64,000 nucleotides of DNA from Octopus sinensis (GCF_006345805.1 NW_021824954.1:62001-126000), one strand, 5' to 3'; positions 37,001-48,800 are shown, counted from the stretch's first letter. The notes: generated from the sequence alone by a model not told the origin. Made by a program: numbers and translations.

Positions 37001-38464
37001 CCGAAATAAGATTAAGATTAATGTAAAAAATAAATAACACTGAAGCAAAGTAACACCAAATATATAGTGCATGTGTTTTTATTGGCTAAACTGGCAAAAT
37101 GACCATTCCGAAATATAACAATATCTGTTTCAACACACGACTTCACATAAAAAATCTTGCACAACAAATATTTAAACGTATATATATGTATATATATATA
37201 TATATATATAACACCCTAATGGGAGCCTTAACTCCCAAATTTTAGTCATTTCTTTTATGATCCAAAACTAGGTCAAAAGTACTGAATGGATCTTTATGAA
37301 ATTTGGATATTATATGCATAAGGACCACAACTCCCATGACAATTCATATATTTTTGCTGTTAATGAAATTTTAACCATAGATATTAGACACAAATGAAGT
37401 AATTTTTATAAAATTTCATCTTCTTACAAGTTAGAAAGACCTCTCTAAGGGGACTTAACACCCACAATTTTGTCATTTTATCTAAGCTAAAACGAATACA
37501 GTTGTGCTCTTGGAAGCTGTAGGGTTACCCGAGCATAAAAGTTGGGCATTATTTCTAATTCAATGGTACAACAGTGTAACAGTTTGCTTTGACATACACT
37601 TACATTGTGATTTCTGCAATGTGGTGCATAAATTGTCAAGTAAATGAGAGGCATCTTTGCTTCCACTGATTCAGTTGCAAAGTGTTGAGTAAAGTTATTT
37701 GATTGCACACCTCCTTTCAGTCTTTTTATTATCACTGGGTCACACATAATCCCCAGATGGTAACATTGATTTCAAGGCCTTCCCAGATGAGTGACTGGTT
37801 ATTCAAAGACATTTATAGATTGTAAATTTATCTGTCCAGTTACGTATGAGTATAATGGTCATTTGCAAACCCCAGAGGTGACACTTTAATTTCTCCTTAG
37901 CCCTCATGTCACACAGTTGTTAATGTTGATTTCAGTTGGCTCATGCCCTTCCAATTGCTATAGATTCGTAATGCATCTTATGGCTGTGCGTGTCACCTGG
38001 ATGGTGAGGATTCCTACACTGGGAGTGGTAACGACTAGGGTAGGGTAACTGACTGCTTATAGTGATCATTTGTCTTTTGGTTTCCTGTAGCTTTGCTCTC
38101 TTTCCTATTTCAAAGAAATTCAAACAATAGATATAAGACCCAAGTTAAAAAGATTCTCAACAATTCAACTTCTCTGGTTGACATTAAGATGCCCACCCCC
38201 AACAGGGGCCTTTACTCTCACATTTTAGAGCAACATAACCTTCATTTTTCAGGAGCAAAATCTTTTTAACAGGTTCAGTAAGACTGGAATTTTGGAATAT
38301 GCGCATAAAAATCAGTAGTATGGGATACATGTAGCATGATTACAATTTTTTTAGGATGTGTAAAGAGGGAAATAACCCTCATCTGCAATTTTGATGAAAT
38401 TTGAAACATAAATATTCCACTTCATTACAGAAAATATAACAGAAAAGTCTAATTCTTCAATTGA

Positions 38465-38486
38465 ATGTAACCGGGCAACTCTGCTA

Positions 38487-38487
<1 letters not shown>
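38465..38487 (+). mobile_element. Helitron-type 3' terminus, partly deleted
   Basis: aaccgggcaact...ctag|t resembles gacctggcaacgccgggtcataatgctag|t at 41517-41543. Confidence 0.5.
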
Positions 38488-38523
<36 letters not shown>

Positions 38524-38527
<4 letters not shown>

Positions 38528-39801
38528 GTTGGCAACTAAGTTCCTGCCAATTTTTTAACTTTTGGAATTTATTGTGTTTTTAAATGTTGGAATCTATTTT
38601 ATTTGAGAATTCTATTTTTGAAACATTTTGGAATCTATTTTGTTTTTTTTCTAGTTAATTTTAGTTAATTTTTTGTTTATTTTCAGATCATTACAATGGA
38701 ATGTTAAATTTAGAAAAACGATCATTTTCGACATCTCCTTCTTTTCACTTTTAATCAAGGTTCTTAGGTAGCAAAAGCTGCTCGCAACGTTTGTGCTGTG
38801 TATGGAGAGGGTGCCATAACTGAAAGAACCACTCGTGATTGGTATGCCAATTTCAAAAATGGAAATTTTGACCTCAAAGACGCACCTCATTCTGGCCGCC
38901 CAGTTGAGTTCGATGAAGAGCGATTAAACCGACTTTTTCAAACAAGTAGGGAACTGGTAGAGAAAATGGAATGCTCCCACACTGCTATAGAGAAGCATCT
39001 TCACTCGATAGGAAAGGTTCAGAAGTATGGAGCATGGGTTCTGCATGCTTTAAGTGACAACAACAAAAATCAACGAGTCACGATCTCTACTGGTTTGCTT
39101 GCTCGTCACCACTCAACTCCTGGACACAAGCAATGATTTCTTTACAGAATCGTTACTGGTGACGAAAAATGGTTCCTGTATATCAATATGAAGCAGTGTA
39201 GGGAAGGGCTTAGCCTCGGTAAACAAGCAACAACGCGCGTGAAACAAGATCTTCATCCGCATAAAATGATGTTGTGCATATGGTGGGACTGGGAAAGGAT
39301 TATCCATTATGAATTGCTTGGACAGAACCAAACAGTCAACATGGAACTCTATGGTCAACAGATGGAATGACTCGACACAGCTGTTCAAGAGAGAAGACCT
39401 AATCGGTAGCATGGAGTTCTGCTGCACGACAACACCTGCCCTCATATCACCAATATGACCAAGGAAGACATTCAAATACATGGCTGCGAAATGCTGCCAC
39501 ACCCGCTGTACTCTCCTGATTTGGCACCAATGGATTTCCTCTTCTTTCGATTACTTTCAAATGCTATGCGTAGAGTTTCATTCAATACTGATGCAGAATT
39601 GAGAGCTTGGTTGGATCAATTTTTCAAGTCGAGATCGGGCGATTTCTAGCAATGAGGTATTGAAAATTTTGTTGAACATTGGGAAGAAGTTGTAAGCAAC
39701 AGGGGGGGAATACATTATTGAATAATTAGTTGTTATTTTTTATTAAACCTTTTAAAAAATATAAATTTAAAAACACAGCGGGAACTTAGTTGCCAACCCA
39801 A
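38524..39801 (+). mobile_element. Full-length mariner (mellifera/Hsmar1-like) inserted in (TA)n
   Basis: TIRs ttgggttggcaactaagttcc / ggaacttagttgccaacccaa. GAWVLHAL, VTGDEKW, LLHDNTCPH, HPLYSPDLAPMDF, with stops and frameshifts. Confidence 0.93.
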
Positions 39802-39815
39802 TATATATATATATA

Positions 39816-39983
39816 GGCACAGGAGTGGCTGTGTGGTAAGTAGCTTGCCTACCAACCACATAGTTCCAGGTTCAGTCCCACTGCATAGCACCTTGGGCAA
39901 GTGTCTTCTACTATAGCCTCGGGCCAACCAAAAACCTTGTGAGTGGATTTGGTAGACGGAAACTGAAAGAAGCCTGTCGCATT

Positions 39984-40036
<53 letters not shown>

Positions 40037-40268
40037 TTATGTATGTGTGTGTATATGTTTGTGTGTCTGTGTTTGTCCTCCCAACATCGCTTGACAACCG
40101 ATGCTGGTGTGTTTACGTCCCCGTAACTTAGCGGTTTGGCAAAAGAAACTGATAGAATAAGTACTAGGCTTACAAAGAATAAGTCCTGCAGTCGACTTGC
40201 TTGACTAAAGGCGGTACTCCAGCATGGCTGCAGTCAAATGACTGAAACAAGGAAAAGAGTAAGGAGTA
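39816..40268 (+). mobile_element. tRNA-derived SINE family B (CORE-like) with internal microsatellite
   Basis: A box tggctgtgtggtaag, B box ggttcagtccc, CORE-like gcaccttgggcaagtgtcttct, internal (TA)n/(TG)n, 3' part ending gaaacaaggaaaagagtaa. Confidence 0.85.
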
Positions 40269-40333
40269 ATATATATAAAGACTTACTTGGAAATGGATGT
40301 GTAGCATTCAGTTAAATGATAATATAAATAATA

Positions 40334-41543
40334 TCTCTATATATAAAACTGAGAATGTGTGTCTGTCTGTCTGTGTGTTTCCCCTAAACTTGAGAACTAC
40401 ACAACCAATTTCATTCAAATTTTACACATGCCTTACTTAGGGTCCATGTAGTGTCATGGGCAAAAAAAATGTTTAACTTCTTGCCTAGAGCGAGCCCACA
40501 GCAATATCATATCTTCTCCACTATTTCAGTATTACGTGTTAAAAGTGAAACAAAAACATCTCTTTATTGTATGTATATATATATATATATATTATAAAAT
40601 ATAAAGTTATATCTTGAGATCGTTAGTGACAATAACATTCAAAATATATAACAGACTGGAATAGTAGTGCTCAAATGAGCTGTATACACTTTTTAATCTG
40701 AGCAACTACAAGAGCACTACAAAATCCACAGAAAGATCAAACACATACATATATTCATATATTCATTTATATCTAGAGAACAGACATAAAGCCCGATGTT
40801 TAGAAATATATAGTAATATATAAATATATAAACATCATATAAAAATATATTGTACGCATAAGATCCACTTGACGTTCCATAAGAAATTTAGAAATAAAAA
40901 TTGCAATAAAAGTTAGAGGTAATAATAACAATTGAATTAAATATAGTAAATATAGTAAGTAGTAATTAAAATAAAACTATAGTATGGTAATTAAATCATA
41001 ATATAACAATTAAAAGAAAAAATAGCAATTAGTATAAAATGTATCAAGGACTTGAACTGGAATATGTGGCTTTGCATGAATGGGAGAAATTAAAAGATGA
41101 AAAATTTAATTGAGTGCAGAAGTGAATTAGTCCAGATGGAGCTGTGTGCATACCATTTACTATAGCTGCTAGATTGAATTATATGCTTATAAAGTAGCAT
41201 TCAGTATCTATGAGAATTCTTGGGAGTACATAATGTCTGGTCTTTTGCATGTAGCAGGTATGTAATTGTGCATTTGTTTCCATGTACTATGTGTTGCGTG
41301 TAAAAAACATCCTGACAAGGGGAGTGCCAATTTTAAATATGTGATGTGTTTCATATTAATCTCCGAAACGGCCCGTAGATGAACTTTTATGTATTTTTGT
41401 AAATTTGTATATTTATCTTCTATGTATTTTTCTCTGGAATTTTAATTCGCCTTTTTCATATGTTTTATTACCCCAAATTTTTAATTTAACAAATTTATAC
41501 CAAACGAGCACTATGACCTGGCAACGCCGGGTCATAATGCTAG
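40334..41543 (+). mobile_element. Complete non-autonomous Helitron
   Basis: A|TC 5' end, subterminal hairpin tatgacctggc-aac-gccgggtcata, CTAG|T 3' end, no TSD. The body matches 57392-57945. Confidence 0.82.
41308..41381 (+). ncRNA. Type-I hammerhead-ribozyme-like motif inside the Helitron
   Basis: CATC CTGACAA gg GGAG [~36-nt loop] CTCC GAAA CG-gcc-CG TA GATG. All three stems form and NUH=GUA. Core G8 is A, consistent with CpG decay of CTGACGA. Confidence 0.62.
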
Positions 41544-41547
41544 TATA

Positions 41548-41586
<39 letters not shown>

Positions 41587-41797
41587 TATATATGTGCATA
41601 AATATTAATATTTCTAAGTCTCTCTAAAGGAGACTATGGCAGCGGTACTGGATATTAATAGTTAGCGCAAAGCTAACATAGCAGTTTAAAAAAATAGGAT
41701 GAATGCTGCTGTTGATTAGCTCCAAGGGGCCATTGCTTGTGTCCATTATAACCTTCGAACAGGGGAGGTCAGCTCCTTCTCCTTGCTGGTCTGGCAT

Positions 41798-41838
41798 CTA
41801 CAGACTAGTTTCAGGGTATTTGCCCCTTATCAGTGTAG
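41798..41838 (-). ncRNA. Minimal hammerhead-like motif, copy 1
   Basis: Minus strand: CTACA CTGATAA GGGG-caaata-CCCT GAAA CTAG TC TGTAG. Palindromic stem III (ACTAGT), NUH=GUC, core G8 is A. Confidence 0.62.
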
Positions 41839-41950
41839 AGCAGCCGAACCAGACAGGTTCATATGTTTTATTACCCCAAATTTTTAATTTAACAAATTTA
41901 TACCAAACGAGCACTATGACCTGGCAACGCCGGGTCATAATGCTAGTATA

Positions 41951-41992
<42 letters not shown>

Positions 41993-42205
41993 CATATATA
42001 TGTGCATAAATATTAATATTTCTAAGTCTCTCTAAAGGAGACTATGGCAGCGGTACTGGATATTAATAGTTAGCGCAAAGCTAACATAGCAGTTTAAAAA
42101 AATAGGATGAATGCTGCTGTTGATTAGCTCCAAGGGGCCATTGCTTGTGTCCATTATAACCTTCGAACAGGGGAGGTCAGCTCCTTCTCCTTGCTGGTCT
42201 GGCAT

Positions 42206-42246
42206 CTACAGACTAGTTTCAGGGTATTTGCCCCTTATCAGTGTAG
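42206..42246 (-). ncRNA. Minimal hammerhead-like motif, copy 2
   Basis: Identical to 41798-41838, 408 nt away. Confidence 0.62.
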
Positions 42247-42299
42247 AGCAGCCGAACCAGACAGGCGTCGCTACTGACTGTCTGCCTGGTTTGGCTGCT

Positions 42300-42340
42300 C
42301 TACATTGATAAGGGGCAAATACCCTGAAGCTAGTCTGAGA
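42300..42340 (+). ncRNA. Minimal hammerhead-like motif, copy 3 (inverted, mutated)
   Basis: CTACA TTGATAA GGGG-caaata-CCCT GAAG CTAG TC TGAGA. U3:A8 can pair, but GAAA is GAAG and stem I is weakened. Confidence 0.45.
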
Positions 42341-42522
42341 TGTCAGACCTGCAAGGGGAAGTGACTGACCTCCCCTGTTCGAAGGTTATAATGGACACAG
42401 GTTCATGTGTCATGTAGCTAGCTAGAGGCAATGGCCTCTTGGAGCTAATCAACGACAGCATTCGTCCTATTTTTCTGGACTGCCATGTTAGCTTTGCGTA
42501 ACTATTAATATATATATATATT

Positions 42523-42868
42523 ATATATATGCATATATGGGTATAGGATGTCACCAACAGTAAACAACACGTAATACAAAAACAAATGAGTTAAATACGC
42601 AAATAACAAGAGAAAAAAATGGAAAACAGGATACAAAGGATACAAAGAACAACCCTTCATCAGTTGTTGGCTGTCTATCTACTCCCCTACTCGAAATGGA
42701 GAGTAGATAGACAGCTGACAACTGATGAAGGGTCGTTCTTTGTATCCTTTGTATTACTTGTCCTGTTTTCCATTTTTTCTCCTCGTTATTTGCATATTTA
42801 ACTCATTTGTTTTGTATTTCATGTTGTTTACTGTTGGTGATGTCTTGTACCCATATATGCATATATAT
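42523..42868. repeat. ~345-bp imperfect palindrome
   Basis: gcatatatgggtataggatgtcaccaacagtaaacaac... is mirrored by ...gttgtttactgttggtgatgtcttgtacccatatatgc; centre near 42690. Confidence 0.88.
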
Positions 42869-42929
42869 ATATACATACACATATATATATATATACATAT
42901 ATATATTATTTATATTTTATATATATATA

Positions 42930-43075
42930 TTGTGGTTAGGGAGCTTGCTTCCTAGCTACATGGTTTCGGGTTCAGTCCCACTGCATGGCACTTTGGGTAG
43001 GTGTCTTCCACTATAGCCCCGAGCCGACCGGAGCTTTGTGATTGAATTCGGTAGGTGGAAGTTACTGCCGTGTGT
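42930..43075 (+). mobile_element. SINE family B, 5' half
   Basis: gggttcagtcccactgcatggcactttgggtaggtgtcttccactatagcccc matches 39816-39980. Confidence 0.75.
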
Positions 43076-43119
43076 GTATGTGTGCGTATAGCTGCTCAGT
43101 GCCTCTCCGAAAGAGAGAG

Positions 43120-43160
<41 letters not shown>

Positions 43161-43282
43161 GAAAATTTTATAAAAGGTGTGTTATGAGTATTTATAGAAC
43201 ATGTATCGTATATAAACTCAACAAACAATTAAAGATGGAGAAGAGAAGATGTTAAAAGTTTTATAAAATTTTAATCCATGCA

Positions 43283-43390
43283 TGCGATTGTTTCGAATGG
43301 TAGCACCATGTAAGAAACATGGAAAAAATTAAATTAATTATAATTATAATTAAATTAATTTAATTACATATTACCATTCTTCTCAGGGCA
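43283..43390 (-). ncRNA. Degenerate hammerhead-like motif with long AT-rich loop II
   Basis: Minus strand: TGCc CTGAGAA GAATGGTA [~70 nt] TACCATTC GAAA CAA TC GCA. Perfect 8-bp stem II; weak stems I and III. Confidence 0.4.
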
Positions 43391-43712
43391 AAAAGAAGAA
43401 TACATAAGAAAGGTAGTGTCAGAAGAATATTACAGAAGCCTATATGGAGTCTGTGTCACATAACTTGTTCGGATATTCATAAAATGATTATAAAAGATGA
43501 AATATAATAACATGCTTAGGTAGTGTTGAGTATAAGAACTAAAACTGTTTTGAAATATAAGTGAAAAAGTTTTAAGAAACATTCTCTCTATATGAGGATA
43601 ATTAATATAGTGAAATACTTACCATATAAAGCATTTATCATAAGGAATAATTAATATTATATTTATATATATATATATATATACACACACAAACATACAC
43701 ATACTCAGACAC

Positions 43713-43757
<45 letters not shown>

Positions 43758-43859
43758 CATACATATATACAATAAATATATACATACACATACATATACA
43801 CATACATGCAGGTACCCACACAATACATACATACATAAGCACATATACATATGTGCTTA

Positions 43860-45590
43860 TGGATATCTCACTGATTCATTAGGAAACAGAATTACCAAAA
43901 TTACACACTGCTCCTTTGTGGATGACTTAAAACTTTATGCAAAGAATATGCATGAGATGAAAAAGAGCCTTGGCCTAGTTACAACATCCTCAAAGGATGT
44001 AGGGTTAGAGTTTGGTCAGGATGTTCTATCAATGATTTGACTGTTTCCCCTGTATCTGATGAGCAATGTTACAGGTATCTATGGGTGGATGAAAATATAT
44101 CTTACAGTGGCACCTGCAACAAAATACATGTCACTAAAGAATATTATAGCCAAATAAAGAAAATTTGGATCTCAGAACTCTCTGCATTCAATAAAACAGT
44201 GGCCCACAATGTGTTTGCAGTGCCAGTACTCATACCAACATTTGGGCTGCTTCATTGGACGCTTGATGAGATCCAAGCCATTCATGTGAAAATCCACAAA
44301 ATATTAACAAGCCCACATAATTTCTGCATAAACAGTGACATAGACTGCCTCTACCTAAAACATAAACACGGCAGCAGAGGCCTAACATCAATCCAAAATA
44401 CCTTTGAATGTTGCATCATATCCCTTTGGCAACATCTTTTAACCACCAAGCATTGAAGTGAATCCCTTGAGCAAGTTTGTATACATGAGGCTGATAACAT
44501 CATAAGACTTGGAAGGCAGCTCCTTGAGCAACACTCTTTGTCTGATAACCTAGAATACTTGCTCAAAGAAATCACACTACTGCAACGTATCATCAGAGGA
44601 AAGGATGAGCCTATATGAACAGAAGACTATGCATGCTCCGTGGTGATAGTAACATTGATCATCAAAGTAGTTTATCATAGATGAATAGCCGGATTACTAT
44701 CTCCCACTTTGAAGGGTATGCGTTTGCAATCCAGGAACAGGAAATATCAACCAAGTACTTGATGCACAAAAGGGATAGAGATGCAAAAAAAGCAGTAAAA
44801 TGTGACAACCGAGGCAGACTTTGTGGAGTTCACACTGAAGACATCACCCACATCATAAGCAGTTGTCCGAAAATGTCATCATGGTATTATCTACCGATGA
44901 GACATAATGTTGTAGCTAGGACACTCTATAATGAAATCAGTCGGAAGGATAATCCCAAGGACAAAGAAATAAAGACCCACAATATGGTAGAAGCCATAGC
45001 TACTCATAATGAAATGGAATACTGGTGGATTGTACCAGTGAAGACCTCAATAAAATGTAAGCACTACAGACCTGATATAATGATTTGGGATAGAGAAGAG
45101 AAACTGTGCACAGTTGTGGAAATTAGCTGCCCAGTGCATGTTAATATAAAGTGAAAAAGAGAACACCTATCCTGAACTATTGAGAAACCTGTAGTCACTC
45201 TATCCAGATTATGAGTTCAGGCTTATGCCTGTAAATATCGGGGTCTTGGGATAGGTGACACACTACCTAAATACCAATCTTGAGAAATTAGGCTTCTCAA
45301 AACCTGAAGGGAGAAAGGTAATTCGAAGACTATAGATCCAATCCATCACTGGAACTCTAAATATCTTTAAAGCTTTCCAGAAGTTTATCATTTAAATATA
45401 TATGAGCATGTCTAGATATGTAACTATATGCATGAGAATACATACATAATACATACAAATTTGCACATACATACATACAAAAATACCCTGTTGTTGATGT
45501 TGAAATTCCAATGAAGGAACTTTGGATCTTGGTTAGAAACTGGTCCTTTCTCTATTGGCAAGAAATCTTGAAATAAACTGAATAATGACA
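43860..45590 (+). mobile_element. R4/Dong-like (RLE-type) LINE, 5'-truncated
   Basis: FVDDLKLYAK, LSAFNKTVAHNVFAVPVL, AIQEQEIST, zinc knuckle RLCGVHTEDITHIISSC, RHNVVAR, RPDIMIWD..VVEISCP (PD-(D/E)xK endonuclease). Confidence 0.85.
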
Positions 45591-45792
45591 TATATACATA
45601 CAGGCATACAGACAAACAGACATTGATATATTTCATACTAAGCTAAGAAGTGATGTATGGTACCAGATGGATGTATTTCTTATTATGTATTACACAAACC
45701 TGGAACATAGGTGTTAAATGATGTAAAAATATCACTCTTTGGTTTGACTTCATTATTACAAATATGTGTGTGTGTGTGTGTGTATAAATATA

Positions 45793-46999
45793 CAGGGATT
45801 GGACAAAATAATGGAAACAACTTAAAATTTCAAACAAATTAATTTTAATATGGGTTAGGACTGCCTTGGCAGTAATTATAGCTTGAATTTTATAAGGTAT
45901 GGATTCATACAAAGTTTAAATTGTTTCCAAAGGAATTTTTGTCCATTCTTCAACTAAAACAGTCTCTAGTTCTTGTAGTGATGATGGTGGAGGATATCAA
46001 CTCCTTACTTGTTTTTCTAAAATGCACCATAAATGTTCAATAATATTGAGATCTAGGGACTGTGGTGGCAAGATAAGATGTTTAACTTCAATAGAATGTT
46101 CCTCATGCCATTCAGTAACAACTTTAGCTGTGTGAATTGCTGCATTATCATCCTGAAAGATTGCGTTTCCCGCCAGAAACAGTTCCACAACCATAGGAAG
46201 AATTTGATCAAATAAAATACTTAACTAGTCTTGACTATTAATTCTGCCATGAAGGGAAACCATTAGGCCGGCAGATTTCCAAGATAAACCCCCCACCCCG
46301 ATCATTACAGATGCTCCTCCATGTTTAACGGTTGAAAGAAGGTGCTGGTGGTTGGAAATAAGGTAAAGGATGACTCATCCAAGAAAATAACATTCTTCCA
46401 CTGCTCTACGGATCAATTTTTACTCCACTCTCAACGCTTTGCAACATTTGTTTTTGAAAGTAGTGGTTTTCTGATTGCAGCCCTTCCATGAAATTTGGCT
46501 TTGTGCTGCTCCTGGCGGACAGTTTTTGTGAAAACTGGGTTCTCAAGGTGGTCATTAAGCTCTGCAGTAATTTTGGGAGCTGTACATTTGTATCCTTTCT
46601 AACAATTCACGTAAGACTCCAATAGCCCCTATCTGAAAGTTTTGGTTTTCTTCTGGAGTTTTGTTTTGACATGGAGGTTTTTCCTCTTTCTTAAAGGCTG
46701 TCATTACTTTTGTGACAGTACTTCTTGATACACCTAACATTTCAGCTGTCTTCATTACGCTAGCACCTGCTATATGAGCACCAACAATTTGATCTCTTTG
46801 AAAGTCTGATAAATTTGTCATTTTAATGAATTTTAGTTACCTTTTTCTGATGATATCTGAAAAGAAACAGTAATTTTAGCAAAACATATTTAGCAACACT
46901 AATAATAAATTAAAAAGCATAAAAATAAATAAGCTTTTGATGGTTTTATAGATATATCAAAATTATGATGCTAGGTGTTTCCATTATTTTGTCCAACCC

Positions 47000-47002
<3 letters not shown>
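45793..47002 (-). mobile_element. Tc1-family transposon, transposase decayed
   Basis: TIRs ta|cagggattggacaaaataatggaaaca and tgtttccattattttgtccaacccctg|ta. MTNLSDFQRDQIVGA, FQDDNAAIH, PPQSLDLNIIEHLW (DD34E). Confidence 0.92.
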
Positions 47003-47032
<30 letters not shown>

Positions 47033-47038
<6 letters not shown>

Positions 47039-47117
47039 CAGGTCATTCAGCAAAAGCTTAATACTCATATGGCATCTTTGATAGTAGAGTCAATCATATA
47101 TATATACATATATATAT

Positions 47118-47185
<68 letters not shown>

Positions 47186-47245
47186 GATTGACTCTACTAT
47201 CAAAGATGCCATATGAGTATTAAGCTTTTGCTGAATGACCTGCTC

Positions 47246-47278
<33 letters not shown>

Positions 47279-47432
47279 ATATATATATGGTTGGACAAAA
47301 TAATGGAAACACCTAGCATCATAATTGAGAGAATGAGCAGGTCATTCAGCAAAAGCTTAATACTCATATGGCATCTTTGATAGTAGAGTCAATCATATAT
47401 ATATACATATATATATACATACATACATACAT

Positions 47433-47465
<33 letters not shown>

Positions 47466-47470
47466 GTATG

Positions 47471-47501
<31 letters not shown>

Positions 47502-47570
47502 GATTGACTCTACTATCAAAGATGCCATATGAGTATTAAGCTTTTGCTGAATGACCTGCTCATTCTCTCA
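47033..47570. repeat. Four alternating-orientation copies of a ~65-bp unit separated by (TA)n
   Basis: atgagcaggtcattcagc...gagtcaatcat is forward at 47034 and ~47333, and reverse at ~47183 and ~47500. An inverted copy of the Tc1 end lies at 47289-47326. Confidence 0.9.
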
Positions 47571-48269
47571 AACAAATCAACATTGCCTGAGCAGGTGCAC
47601 AGTCTATCACACATCAGGTGTTGAAGTGATCGCAGAGCAATGTGAGATAAAGTGTTTTGCTCAAGAACATAATGTGCCACATGGTCTAGGAATTGAAAGC
47701 ATGACTTTGTGATTGTGAGAGCAACACCCTAACCACTAGACACTCAAAAAGAGTGTTAGAATTTATGAAGAAATCAGCTATTTCATTGCAATGAAGTCTT
47801 CATATAAACTCATCAGATTTTGTAACTTTGCAAGACAGGGAACTGGAATACACCCCCAGTATGCAATGGAAAAAAAATCATATTGGAAAACTTACTGTAA
47901 ATTCGAACATATTATTGTATAACTTATAATTTGCTCTGCATTACTTTTCTGTCAATGTGTGTGTGTGTGTGTGTACCATGGAAACAACAGATGAGACTGA
48001 AAGATCTGAACGTTGCTGATGACATTGTCCTGCTGCCTGAAGATAATAAAATGCTCCAACAACTCACATTCAGAGGTAGAACAAAATGCTGGAAAGATTG
48101 CTCTGAGAATTAGGTGCAGAAGACCAAAACACTGAACATTACAAACGATGACAGTTAAACAACAAGAATCATAAAGATCAATCAAAAATAAACTGCATTA
48201 ATAGACTGCATTATATTTTTGTTTAGATATTTATTTATTTTAATAATTTGTGTGATAGACGCAAATTAT

Positions 48270-48800
48270 TAAAATAAATTAAATAGCCTTTGCAGGCCCT
48301 TTATGATAGATGGAATTCACTGACATATTTGAAAGTTGTTGACTGCAGGGAAAAGTGTGTGCAGGCAAGGAACTCCAGTGGACTAACATTCTGGGAATGA
48401 AAGACTAGACATTGTAGTTAGATGTGGGGCCTGAAGAGTGGGGTATGTGAACAAAATGTGGATGACCAGAAGAGAGAAACAAGTCTGGCATTCTTGAGAG
48501 GAGGTGGTGCAAAGCCAGCCATAAAGCAATGAGACCAGATCATTGATGTAGCAGTCGAAAGGGGAGAGAGAGAGAGAGGAGATTGCACATGTGTGACCCA
48601 GAGCTAGAAGTTAAAGTGTGTTTGTAAGATACTTTATGCCAACCAATCAGATGGCCTTTCTGTGGATGCAGTATGTGTGTGGCAGCAGCACTGTCTTACA
48701 AGTGAACTTTATAGAAGTTAATAGTTGATTTGGAAAGGGTTAGTCTTTGAGATTCAGTCTTACCTATGCTGGAGATGTTCACCAGGAGAGATATTCCCCA
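48270..48800 (-). mobile_element. Very degenerate LINE 3' fragment (CR1/Jockey group)
   Basis: Minus strand resembles LINE C-terminal SFIPR..WNSLP..F coding remnants. No intact ORF. Confidence 0.35.

Larger units (their letters stand above)
41455..42265. repeat. Near-exact tandem duplication, ~405-bp unit
   Basis: 41455-41857 and 41858-42265 are identical except for (TA)n length. The unit holds the Helitron 3' end and a hammerhead-bearing arm. Confidence 0.92.
42060..42511. repeat. ~450-bp imperfect palindrome (Penelope-like inverted terminal-repeat relic)
   Basis: 42060-42265 is the inverted match of ~42280-42511, with a ~27-bp indel near 42400-42427. Each arm carries a hammerhead-like motif. 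Confidence 0.8.

Noticed and set aside
42690-42745. GAAA ... CTGATGA in the second palindrome as a hammerhead
   Set aside because: The core words are present, but I could not build stems I-III in any permutation.
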